Source: Trueperaceae bacterium (lineage in GTDB: Bacteria; Deinococcota; Deinococci; Deinococcales; Trueperaceae). Taken from it: a stretch of DNA of 64,000 nucleotides. The first letter of the stretch is position 1. The number at the start of each line of letters is the position of its first letter. Below are positions 22,862 to 36,828 of the stretch, piece by piece. The translations under genes and the position numbers were made by a program. The notes under the pieces are model-generated. The model was not told where the DNA came from, did not search any database, and worked only from the letters and a program-made list of their open reading frames with translations. The DNA lies in NCBI GenBank assembly GCA_034521815.1, contig JAXHLW010000013.1, forward strand, positions 576,001-640,000, in the 5' to 3' direction.

Positions 22862-25125
22862 GTGGCGCGGCTCCTGATCTGCCTGGCGATCGCCACGCTG
22901 CTGGCCGTCGCCGGGGCGCAAGAGTCGGCACGTGCGAACCGGTGCCCGAACCGTCTCAGGACGCGACGGAGGTCCGCAGGCGTGGCGCTGCGGCCCTGCT
23001 GGACACGCCCCTGGGCCAGCCGTGCGGTGACGACGGCGCCGTCGTCGAGATCGAGGGCGTGGGGCGGGCCGTCTACGACACGATCCTGTTCGATGGCGCA
23101 GAGGGAATCGCCCGCCTGTCGGGCGGCGTGTGCATCGAGGTGCCCCAGATCGAGCTTCGCCTGCGGGCCGACGTCGTGGAGCTGTCGGGACTGAACGTCG
23201 ATGCGGCCGCGGACGCCCCGCCGCCCGTCCTGCGTGCCGGTCCGGCCGTCCTCGGGGTCGCGGGCTGGCGGCTGCGCGTCGAGGAGCTGACCGGTCCGGT
23301 CGATGCCCTGTCGGTGCGGGGCGTGATCGTGTTGGGCGCCGGCGTGGTCGGCACGGCCCGCAACGGCCGGTTCTCGGAGGCCGGCTCCATCCTGAACGAC
23401 GTGTCGCTCGCGACGAGCGACTACCTGCTGGACGCGCGTTCCGCGCGCCTGGAGGGGAGCGAGCTGGTTCTGACCGACGCCAGCGGAACGAGCTGCACCT
23501 GCGGGGTCGAGCGCTACCGGCTGCTGGGTCGGACCGTGCGCACGACGATTCCCAGGTTGGGAGGCTCGGTCGAGGGGGCGATGGCAGAACCCACCGAGAC
23601 GATCATCGAGGAGCCTCGCCTGCGCATCCTCGGCGTCGAGATCCCGCTGGGCGACGAGCTGGTCCTCGGCCCGGACGGTCCTCGGGTGGAGCTGCCCGTC
23701 GAGGTGGCCGAGCGCGACGGCCTGGGCACGGTCGCCGTCCTGCGCCAGGGCGACCTCGCCGTGGGCCGGCTGGAGCTGGGTGTCGCCAGCGAGCCGCACC
23801 TCGCGCCGCTGGCGTCGCTGCGCGTGCAGCAGGGCGGCACGGTGGTGGCCATGCAGGTGGACGGTCGCGGCCTGGATCTGACGGCCCGGGACCGCCGGCC
23901 GCTGGGCAGCGGGGTGTGGGCCGAGGGGTTCACCGACCTCGATCTGCAGAGCGATCCGGGCGTGCTCCGCAGTGGTGGCACCCTGGGCTGGTCCGGCCGG
24001 ACGCCGGTGCCGCTGGGATCGCTGGAGGGCGTCACGGCACGATTGGACGTCCGCGCGGGCGCCGAAATCGCTGCCGAGCCCGCCACGGTCGGTCCCGGCG
24101 CGGGCTCGGGTCCGGCATCGATCCGACTGCCGGGACGGGCGGACGCGAGGGTGGACGCGCCGCTGGCGTCGTGGGCGCGCGCGTCGCTCCGGGTGACGGG
24201 TCAGGCCGTCGCGTACCCCGGCGCGATCGTCGCTACCGCGGCTTCAGGCGGCGATGCGGCCCCCAGCGCTCGGTTCGGCCAGGCAGCCGTGAGCCTGGAG
24301 CCGTCGATCCGCTTTCAACACTCCGGCAGCAGCCTAGAGCTGGGCGGCATCCGCCGCTGGTCGGCGGGCGCCAGCCCGTTCGCGTTCGACGAGATCGGCG
24401 ATCGTGCCCGGATCAGCGCGGACGCGGTGCTGGCCGCCGGGCCGGTTCGCGCTCGCGCCGACGTGCTCTGGCGCTTCGCGCCCGAAGCCCCGGGCGCCGA
24501 GGATCTCGAAGCCCGGCTGTCGGCGCCCGTGAGCTTGGGCGGGGGCTGGAGCGTGACGCCCGCGGTGGAGGCGGACCTGGCCGGTCTGGCCGGCGGTCCC
24601 AGTGACGAGGACTGGCTCGAGGCGAGGCTCGACCTCGCGCGCGAAGGCCAGGGCGACCGTGCCCGCTTCGACCCCGCGATCGAAGGCGAGCTGGCCGTCC
24701 GCTGGGACGCGCAGGCGTGGACGGTCCGGTCGGCTCGGGCCGGCGTGCGCGGCTCCGTCAGTGACGATCTGGGTCTGGGCCTCGAGGCCGAGCTCGAGCC
24801 AGGTCCGTGGACGCTGAGCTCGCTCCAGGCGTCCGCCTGGTGGCCGATCGACCTGGGAGGCGACGAGGCGGGCGTGCGCCTCGTGCCGTACGTCGCGCTG
24901 GACGTGGCGCCGTGGTGGACGGGGGAGGGCGGTCCGCGCCTGGCCGGTCACGGACTGCGCGCGTACCTGCGGGACTGCTGCGGCACGCTGATCGTCGGCT
25001 ACCGGGCGAGCGACGACGACGGCGTGGAGATCGAGCTGGGCGTACGGCTTCCGACGCTGGAGCTGGGCGACCTGCCGGTCGAGGAGCTGCTGAGGGACCT
25101 GCCGTTGTATGGTGACGCGCCGTGA
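22862..25125 (+). CDS. LptD-like outer-membrane beta-barrel protein (indel after the signal peptide, near 22935)
   Basis: Signal peptide VARLLICLAIATLLAVAGAQ; N-domain DASGTSCTC...PRLRILGVEIP and C-terminal YLRDCCGTLIVGY resemble the LptD cysteine motifs; alternating beta-strands. Confidence 0.62.
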
Positions 25126-26247
25126 AGCGGATCGATCGCGCCCTCCTGGCCGAGGCCCTGCCGGCACTGATGTTCGGGGCGCTGCTGTACTCCACGTTGG
25201 CGGTGACCAGCGCGACGCTGCCGCGCCTCACCTGGCTGGTGGGCGCCACCGTGCCGGAGCTGCTGCGCTGGCTGGCGGCGCAGCTGCCGACCGCGCTGGC
25301 GCAGACGATGCCGATCGCGATGGTGCTGGCGGTGCTGCTCACCTTCGGCCGGATGGAGGGCGACAAGGAGCTGCTGGCGCTCAGGGCGGGCGGCGTGGCG
25401 CTGGGCCGGATCATCGCGCCGATGCTGCTGCTGGGCGCGCTGGCGACCGCCGGCACGCTGGCGCTGTACCAGTGGGTCACGCCCCGCACGCACGCCTGGG
25501 TGGCGACGGAGTACTGGCGCCTGACGGCCGGCGGGACCGGCCTGTTCCGGCTGGCGGGGCAGGCGCTGCCGGTGGGCGAGTTCGCGCTGACGTTCGACCG
25601 CACCGCGGGTCGCGGCTCGCGGATCGAGGGCGTCCGGATCGAGCGCTGGGAGGGCGAGCGCCTGACCCTGGTGCGGGCCGACTCGGCGGTGTTCGAGGGG
25701 ACCGAGCTGGTCTTGCGCGGCTACCGGACGCAGATCTTCGACCTGGCGGCGTTGGACCGCGAGGCGGCCAACGCCACCGAGCGTCTGCGCGACCTGGTGC
25801 GGCTGGACAACCGCGCGCCCGACCCAGGCGCCGAGCTGCGCCTGTCCGTGGGCGTCAGCGAGGAGGAGCTGGTCTCGCGCTTCTCGCGTGGCGGGTTCGA
25901 GGACGCGCGCTCGCTGACCGGCCTGGCCGACGCGTGGGGCGCCGCGGAGGCGGGAGACACGGAGCGCCGCACGGCCGGCGTGCTGTTCATGCGTCGCCTG
26001 GCGGAGCCGTTCGCGAACCTGGTGCTGCTGCTGGTCGCCCTGCCGCTGTCGCTGGGCTGGGCTCGGGGGCGCGGCGTGGCGTTCGGTCTGTCGCTGGTGG
26101 TGACGCTGGCGTGGTACCTGCTGTCCACCGTCGGGACAGTTCGCCGCGCAGTCGGGAACGCTGCCGGTCACCGTCGGCCCGTGGATCGCGAACGCCGTCC
26201 TGGGCGGGATCGGCTTGATGCTGTTGGCGCGGCTGCGGACGCGCTAA
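25122..26247 (+). CDS. LptF/LptG (YjgP/YjgQ) family permease (frameshift near 26140)
   Basis: MKRIDRALLAE, PIAMVLAVLLTFGRMEGDKELLALRAGG, RRLAEPFANLVLLLVALPL; C-terminal PWIANAVLGGIGLMLLARLRTR in the shifted frame. Confidence 0.88.
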
Positions 26248-26415
26248 ATCCGCCTGAAGTAAGAGAACCGTTGCTCGAACCGTCGCATCTTCATGGCAAG
26301 ACCTCGCAGCTCCAACTGCGTGGCGTGTCTTCGGAGGCGATGAACCCCGTGCCGTATTTGGGCGCTTAGGCCCGGGGGGAGCCAGTAGCGCAACCGGCCG
26401 AAAACCGGAGGCACC

Positions 26416-27509
26416 ATGATGAGACGACTCGCTCCGCTCCTCCTTCTTTTCGCCTTGCTGGCCGCCTGCTCGCAGGCGCCGGCCCCGACGACGCCGCTGC
26501 GCGTGGTCGGGCTCAGCCCCGTCGCCGGCGCCGCGGACGTCCCGCTGGACACGTCCGTCACCGTCCGCTTCGACGGCGACGTCGACGAGGCGCTGTTGCA
26601 CGACGGCGTCCTGGCCCTCCAGGCGGGCTCCACGGCCGTGGCCGGCGCGCTCTCGTACGACGCCGACGCTCGCACCCTGACCTTCAGCCCCGGCACGCTG
26701 CTGCAGGCCGCGACGACCTACTCGGTCGTGCTGTCCAGCGACGTGCGCTCCGCCGACGGCGGCGAGCTGCAGCTCTCGAGCGACTGGAGCTTCACCACCG
26801 TCGCCACGCAGACCGCCGATCCAGTGGACGACGCGACCCGCGACACCGACGGCGACGGCCTTCCCGACGTCGACGATCCCGATCCCAACGACTCCGACTG
26901 CCGACGGTGACGGCCTGCTGGACGGCGACGACCCGAACCCCACCAACCCCGACGCGGACAACGACCGTCTCCTGGACGGGGTAGACCCCGACCCCTCCAA
27001 CCCGGACACCGACGGCGACGGAATCCTCGATGGTGACGACCCGTACCCCAGCGACCCCGACGCGGATGACGACGGCCTGCGCGACGGCGACGATCCCGAT
27101 CCTTCCGATCCCGACGTGGACGGCAACGGCGTTCGCGACGGTGCGGACGTGGACATCGACGTCCCGGGCGTCGCCTCGGTCGGTCCGGCTCCCTGGTCGA
27201 CCGTCGAGCGCAACGCGGAGATTCGCATCCGTTTCGACGTGCCGATCGATCCCGGTCGCTGGACCGCGACGAGATCCGGGTGTACAGCGGCTTCGTGCCC
27301 GGATTCATCGAGATGTACTGGCTCGGCGGCCCCGGCATCGACGTGTACGTTCAGCGTACGACGAGGCGACGCAGGAGGCGGTCTTCACCCCCTCGACGCC
27401 CATGAAGGCGGACGAGTGGCACTGGGTCGTCCTCGACCTGAACGTCGCCGACCTGGCGGGCAACGTGTTCGCCGGCGAAGGGATCTGGCTGTTCGCCACC
27501 GAGCGCTGA
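26416..27509 (+). CDS. Lipoprotein with two Ig-like (Big_5/SbsA-type) domains flanking DxDxDG calcium-binding repeats (indels near 26900 and 27260-27350)
   Basis: Lipobox LLAAC; SPVAGAADVPLDTSVTVRFD...YDADARTLTFSP...WSFTT; second domain ends VADLAGNVF...WLFATER. Confidence 0.78.
26842..27148 (+). repeat. Six ~54-bp (18-aa) thrombospondin type-3-like repeats
   Basis: DTDGDGLPDVDDPDPNDS / D.DGDGLLDGDDPNPTNP / DADNDRLLDGVDPDPSNP / DTDGDGILDGDDPYPSDP / DADDDGLRDGDDPDPSDP / DVDGNGVRDGAD. Confidence 0.85.
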
Positions 27510-27528
27510 TCCGCTCCTGAGCCTCACG

Positions 27529-27561
27529 GCGCCGTCCCGGGAATCGATCCCGGGACGGCGC
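27529..27561 (+). terminator. Perfect 14-bp GC-rich hairpin after the lipoprotein gene
   Basis: GCGCCGTCCCGGGA-atcga-TCCCGGGACGGCGC followed by TTCGTGTT. Confidence 0.6.
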
Positions 27562-27679
27562 TTCGTGTTCCGATCTTGGCGCGACGCGCTGCCCGTGTCC
27601 GCGGTCCCTCAGGCACGTGCCACCGCGTCGTTCCCCATTCCCGCGTCCGCACGGCCCCGGTGGTATCGTTCGAGACCTG

Positions 27680-29871
<2,192 letters not shown>

Positions 29872-29875
<4 letters not shown>

Positions 29876-30453
29876 GCGGGCCGGACGGCCGCTCCGCGGC
29901 TCCGCCCGCCCGTCCCGAGGACGCGGACGTGTCCGTCCTGTTCGTCTGCCTGGGGAACATCTGCCGCAGCCCGACGGCGGAGGGCGTGTTCCGGCGCATG
30001 CTGAGCGAGGCGGGTCTGGAGGACCGCGTGTTCGTCGATTCGGCCGGGACCGGCGACTGGCACGTGGGCCAGCCGCCCGACGCGCGGGCGACGGCCGCAG
30101 CGCGGCGGCGCGGGATCGACCTGTCCGGCCTGCGGGCGCGACAGACGACGCCCGAGGACCTGGAGCGGTTCGACTACGTCGTCGCGATGGACGCCAGCAA
30201 CGTCGCGTCGCTCGAGAGGCTGCGTCGGAGCCTCGACGACGGTCGACGGCGGCAGCCGCGTGGTCCGGCTCCTGGACTTCGCCAGCGACCGAAGGACCGC
30301 GATGCGACCGATCCCACGCCCCGCGACGTGCCCGACCCGTACTTCGGCGGTCGCGACGGCTTCGAGCGGGTGCTGGACCTGATCGAGGACGGCTGCACTG
30401 GCTTGCTTGAGGAGATCCGAAAAAGCGTCCCGCCGGTGACCAACGGCACCTGA
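29872..30453 (+). CDS. Low-molecular-weight protein-tyrosine phosphatase
   Basis: VLFVCLGNICRSPTAE, DSAGTGDWHVG, DVPDPYFGG; the expected VVRLLDFA is out of frame near 30260, implying compensating indels. Confidence 0.93.
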
Positions 30454-30527
30454 CGATCACCCCTTATGGCTGCTGCTTCCGCCCTGACCAGGTTCGGGGG
30501 TCGCCACCGCGTTGGGCCGGCGAGACG
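30426..30527 (-). ncRNA. ffs: Signal recognition particle RNA (small bacterial 4.5S type)
   Basis: Minus strand reads CGTCTCGCCGGCCCAACG...GAACCTGGTCAGGGCGGAAGCAGCAGCCATAAGGGG...CGTTGGTCACCGGCGGGACG then CTTTT: helix-8 motif inside a long rod whose ends pair. Confidence 0.88.
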
Positions 30528-30795
30528 GGGGAGAAGGTACCACAGCGGCGTCGGTCGTCGGGTCGACTGCCGCTGCGACGTCTCGCGTCGCCTCGGCCAC
30601 TGCACCGCTTCCGAATCCTAGGCACTTGCCGAACGAGGTGGGCGCCGTGTGACGGAATCGTAAGAGATTTGTAAGAGTCGCGGAGTACATTAGGAATCGA
30701 CGCGGGCATCGGGCCTGCGCTCGCACTTTGCACGAGGGCGCACGAAACTCATCCATATTATCGTTCGTGCCGCCCGCACCGAAAGGAGCGCTTCC

Positions 30796-31144
30796 ATGCG
30801 CAACCGCAACACGCAAGGCTTCACCCTGATCGAGCTGCTGATCGTCATCGCGATCATCGGCATCCTCGCAGCGGTTCTCATTCCGAACCTTCTTGGTGCC
30901 CGCCGCGCAGCAATTGACACAGGTGCTGAGGCTTATGCACGGAACTGCGTCACGGCAGCGGCTGTCAAGATTGAGAAGCGGAGACATTGCAGGTGTTACG
31001 ACGTGTGAGGCTTTAGGGCGAGGATGCCTCCCGACTACGTTACTTCCGCCCAGACCGACGAATTTGGTACAGAAGTCACCGGTGAAGTATACGAACGGTG
31101 GAGGGGTAGGAGCGGAAGAGGTTACCATCCCAACGAATTTCTAG
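30796..31144 (+). CDS. pilA: Major type IV pilin (PilA/PilA4-like); frameshift near 30980-31000, end approximate
   Basis: SD AAAGGAG; MRNRNTQG|FTLIELLIVIAIIGILAAVLIPNLLGAR...AYARNC, a class III signal with Glu5. Confidence 0.85.
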
Positions 31145-31436
31145 TCCAGGCCTGATACGTCACATCGGGCCGCTTTGTGCCGTTTTGTGCTTTATATACC
31201 ACAGTTCACGCATGTTCCGCACTTCTTGATCACGGATTCATTTGAATGGCGAGGCCGCTTGGTCAGAGTTTAGGTGCTTGCGCGGATAAGTCATGATTCC
31301 CTCAGCACGTGTGAACTGCCGGAGGGCTTCGTCATCCTTCGTCCATGGACCGGTGGTCACCCCCGTCCACACGATTGCATTGGTCGAACATCGATCCGGG
31401 TGCGAACCGAATGCTGTACCGCCTAAACTGCGGATC

Positions 31437-31936
31437 GTGAACCAGCGGACACGCACCGGCAGTGACGTTTTTCGTCGAGCTTCTGATCACCCTTGGCGTG
31501 ATCTCGATTCTGCTGGGCATCGGCTTCGTGAACCTCCGAACGCCGGCGTCGTCGCTGTTCGCTCAAGACCTCAAGGCACAGTTGATGCAGGCCCGACAGG
31601 AAGCGGTCAAGCGCAACGGACCCGTCGCCGTCGTGTGGCAAGAATCGTTCGAGGAAGTGACGACGAGATTCACCGACACGCGCGACTGGGCGTTCTCCTC
31701 ATCGCCGTGTTTCGACTCGCCCGCCACGGTCCTTCGTACCCGCTCGGCCAGCGAGTACGGCAGCTTGGCCATCGAAGTTGACCCGTCGGACGTAGCGGGA
31801 ACCGTGTTTCTTCCCAACGGCCAGCGGCGCGGTTGCGACGGAGCCGACTGCAAGCACCGTGCAGATATCGGTCGATGATGGTCGGAACTCGAGAACCGTG
31901 ACGATTCAACCCCTCGGAAGGGTGGAGATCGAATGA
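31437..31936 (+). CDS. Cassette 1 FimT/FimU (GspH-like) minor pilin (indels near both ends)
   Basis: VELLITLGVISILLGIGFVNL...QARQEAVKRNGPVAVVW...VFLPNG; C-terminus RTVTIQPLGRVEIE* overlaps the next ATG. Confidence 0.75.
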
Positions 31937-32579
31937 ACAGGCGTGCTCGGTCAGGGGCATTCACACTCATCGAGGTGCTCATCGCCCTCGTCGTTCTTGG
32001 CGTCGGTGTGATGGCGGCCGTACAGCTGCAGGCCACCTCGCTCCGGGCATCGTCGCAGGCCGAGGGGATCCAAGACGCGACGCTCGTTGCCGACGCGGAG
32101 CTGGACTTCCGCCTGCAGATGAGCCTCAGTCCGGTGACGTCGGCCAACTGTCTAGCTCCATCCCCGAGGGCTACCAGTGCAGCGTGACGGTGACCCCCTG
32201 CAGCGTCGTCGACGGCGAGGTCTCGTGCGACTCGAGCGTTGCGCCGGCCGACCGACTCGGGTACTCGATCCAGGTGGACGCGACGACGCCACGCGGTCAA
32301 CAGGCCACGCTGGAAACCTTTGCCGCCTCGCGCGCAGAAGTCCTCCTCAGAGGAAGACGAGGGGTCCGAGGACGAAGAGGAAGAGGATGGCGAGGACGAA
32401 GGAGAGGAAGGCGAAGAGGACGGCGAAGAGGGTGAAGGCGACGAAGAAGCGGCGGCGAGGACGACGGAGAAGACGACGACGCGGCACCGGTGACGACGAT
32501 GATGGCGGAGGTCGGCAAGGGCGCCGGCGGTGGACCGCCCTCGTGTGTGCCACCATCTGGGCCCAACTCGCCATGCTGA
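31933..32579 (+). CDS. Cassette 1 PilV-like minor pilin with poly-acidic C-terminal tail (several indels; end inferred)
   Basis: MNRRARSGA|FTLIEVLIALVVLGVGVMAAVQLQATSLRAS; tail EEDEGSEDEEEEDGEDEGEEGEED... Confidence 0.72.
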
Positions 32580-32626
32580 GGTCGGTGCCCTCACGCCGCA
32601 ACGGCGCACGGGAAGGGGTTCGTTCG

Positions 32627-33252
32627 ATGCGCTTGCACCATGAAGGCTCGGCCGCACGGGTACATGAGCGACAGGGCTTCACGCTGCTCGAGATCCTGAT
32701 CGCGATGAGCATCTTCCTGGTGACGCTCGTTGCGCTCACGAGCTTGTTCATCTCCGCGACACGGGGCTACGAGGCCACAGAGACGGTCTCCGTGCGGCAG
32801 CAGGAAACGTCGGCCGCCTTGAGCGTATTGCGCTACGAGCTCGCCCTGGCAGGCTATCGCGGGACGTGTGAGTCGAGCCAGTCTCACTCTTCTCCGACCC
32901 GACGTTCGAAGTGGCTCGCGGTGCCGATACGGACACGATCACGGTCCGATACTTCGAGGATCGCTTCCCCACCTCGTGCGGCGTTGAGAAGGAGGTTTCG
33001 TTCTACGTAGACGAGCTTCCTAGCGGCGAAACCGCGCTGTTCCGCGAGGAAGCCGGTGAAGCGGAGGCGATCGTGAACAACGTGACGGGCATCCAGTTGT
33101 TCCGGTACGTCACGGACGAGGGGGGACTCACCGAGAACATGCCGAGTGCCGGGTTCGTCGGCATCAGCCTCGAGGTCCGTTGGGAGGACGAGTCCACCAT
33201 GCGGTTCATCATCGGCCTCAAGAACCGTCAAGTAGATCCACAGGAGTCGTGA
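32627..33252 (+). CDS. Cassette 1 PilW-like minor pilin (frameshift near 32885)
   Basis: ERQG|FTLLEILIAMSIF...LRYELALAGYRG, then DTITVRYFEDR...AIVNNVTGIQ. Confidence 0.78.
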
Positions 33253-33253
33253 G

Positions 33254-34755
33254 ATGAGCAACGTGTTTGGAACGGAACGAGTTCGCGGAGATGGTTTCGC
33301 GATGATCACGGCGCTACTGATCATGGTGGTCGTCGTTGGCCTGGGCTCCGGCGCCATCTTCCTTACGACGCTGAACCTACGGATCGCGGAGAACTCCCGT
33401 ACGCACGCGATCGCAAAGGCGAACGCCAATGCCGGTCTCGAGGTCGCCATTGCAACGCTGTTCGAGGCGTACGAACAGGCCGAGCCGAACCGTTTTCCCG
33501 CATCGTTCGACAACGATGACGTGCCGTCGCGCGCGGGCGACGGTGGCGCGTACGAGTTGATCGCGTGCGACCCCTCGGTCTGGGATGATCACCTCGTGCG
33601 CGTGTGTGTGCGCGGTTTTGGGCCGAACGGATCGGAGTACACGTCGGAAGCCTTGATCGGCATGGAACCGGGCAATCCGAATTATAACAACGATCCGAAG
33701 TACGCCTTCGGCATGATCTCGGAGGAGAACGTAGGCGTCGCTGGCGCGTCGGGCACCTTCATCGACGCGGGCCTACATTCGAACGGCGACCTGTGGTTGC
33801 CTGGATGGTCGGACGATCAGTTCCAATACTGCACGAGCGATCGCGACGTGAACGGCTACTGCCCGCCGAAAACCTGTCGGACGTACGCACAAGCCGAAGA
33901 CATGCCGCTGTCGGTCTGGGAAGGTGGCGGGAGGGGCTGTGGCCCTGGACAAGGCCCTTCCGCCTTCTGCCAAGGCGGTCGTGTCAAGGACGAGTTCGTG
34001 GTCGCCGATGAAGTCACGGTCAACGTGGACTACACCGAGCGGCGCCACCGGGCGGCGGGAGGCACCTTCGACGAGGACGGCAACATCCAAGACGACGGCC
34101 TCATAGCCCCGGACGGCTCGATCAACGTGTTGGACTGCGCTGCCGAAGCGGACGCCACGTGCTTCGAATCGGATGCCGACCTTCTGGCAGATGCCGTGAA
34201 CGGTCAGACGATCATCGCGAGCGGGGACGTGAACATTTCGTGCGTCACGACGTGCGATCTGGCAGGACACAGTCATCATCAGCACCGGCGGGACCGTGAC
34301 GCTTCAGATGAAGACGGAATACCCGCAGATTCAAACGGCGACGAACACGCGGACTTCTCGGATGCACGACCTCTCGATTCCGAACACACGAGATGGTTCG
34401 GTGCGTCGACTCTGGCCTCGGCAGGAAGCGTCAGCGTTCAATCGGGACAGCGGCCCACACGTTCGAACCCCCTTCGGGAACGAGCGTCGGCTTCTCGATC
34501 ATCGCCGAGGAGGACATCACGACGAACGGGGGAGGTGGCACCGAGATGGTCGGTACCTTCGTCGCGGGCGGCGACTTCAACTGGGCGTGGTGGCGGAGGC
34601 GTCTACGTCCGTGGAGGCGTGTTGGTCGAAGGCGTCGATCATCGCAAGTGGGCGGCTACACGATTGACTCCGGCCTGCCGACAGCTAATCCTGACCTTGA
34701 TCGAAGCGCCGGCACGGGAACAACCGGGGGCGCAGGTCGTCGGTCGACGACGTAA
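33254..34755 (+). CDS. Cassette 1 PilX-like large minor pilin/tip protein (several C-terminal indels; end approximate)
   Basis: GDG|FAMITALLIMVVVVGLG (no Glu5), NLRIAEN...AKANANAGLE (PilX N-terminal pattern), Cys-rich and beta-helix-like C-terminal region. Confidence 0.72.
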
Positions 34756-35018
34756 GCGGTCTGCGCTGGAGCGGATTCGAATCCTCAGGGGGTTCAATCC
34801 CACACTGGCTAGGTTCCTAGTCTCGAGCGAGTCCTGAACAGTCTCTCTTCTCCGGTTCGGGTGGTCTCGGTTGAGGCGTTGGAAACATGAGCTCCGAGTC
34901 CGGTCGTTGCCAGGTTCCGTGCTGGCGGATGCCTACGTGCCCAGCATCGCCATACGTTGTCGGATCGGACGTGTTCCATGCTTTACTCCGACGCGCGACG
35001 CTCAACGGCTGTCCGTCG

Positions 35019-35139
35019 CCTATTTCGAGCAGGCGAGGGACCTGGCCCCACGACCCTGCGGCAACCCACGGTCATGTCCGTCGGTGCTTCCTCCAGCCGG
35101 AGAGACGGCTACGATGGCCTGAAGCTCCGGGAAGATAGG
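35019..35139 (+). promoter_or_regulatory. SAM-I riboswitch (S-box)
   Basis: CCTATTTCGAG..GAGGGACCTGGCCC..GACCCTGCGGCAACC..GGTGCTTCCTCCAG..CCGGAG/CTCCGG..GAAGATAGG; P1 CCTATTT/AAGATAGG; upstream of met genes. Confidence 0.88.
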
Positions 35140-35220
35140 GGCGAAAGCCTCGTCTTCGTGTCCAGTCCTCCAGCGTGCGCGCGATGCGCATGCGCCGACG
35201 GGGACGGAAGGAGGCGAGAG

Positions 35221-35298
35221 ATGGACCGCATCTCGACGAACGAACGGAACGGGGACCCGCGGCGGACGCTGCGAATGTCCTGCGCGGCCGCACGCTGA
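35221..35298 (+). CDS. Putative 25-aa leader peptide (uORF)
   Basis: AAGGAGG 6 nt before the ATG; MDRISTNERNGDPRRTLRMSCAAAR*; lies between the SAM-I riboswitch and metY. Confidence 0.45.
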   Translation: MDRISTNERNGDPRRTLRMSCAAAR

Positions 35299-35336
35299 CG
35301 GACGGCCGGCACCGGGTCGCGGACGACGCGACCTGA

Positions 35337-36818
<1,482 letters not shown>

Positions 36819-36828
36819 CCTGCCGGCG

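Noticed and set aside
26842-27148. Regularly spaced repeats resembling a CRISPR array
   Set aside because: Degenerate in-frame coding repeats without unique spacers; no cas genes in the window.
34768-34805. tRNA T-loop-like words (GGATTCGAATCC, GGGGTTCAATCCC) at the end of cassette 1
   Set aside because: No cloverleaf or CCA end could be built; too short to call a tRNA or att remnant.
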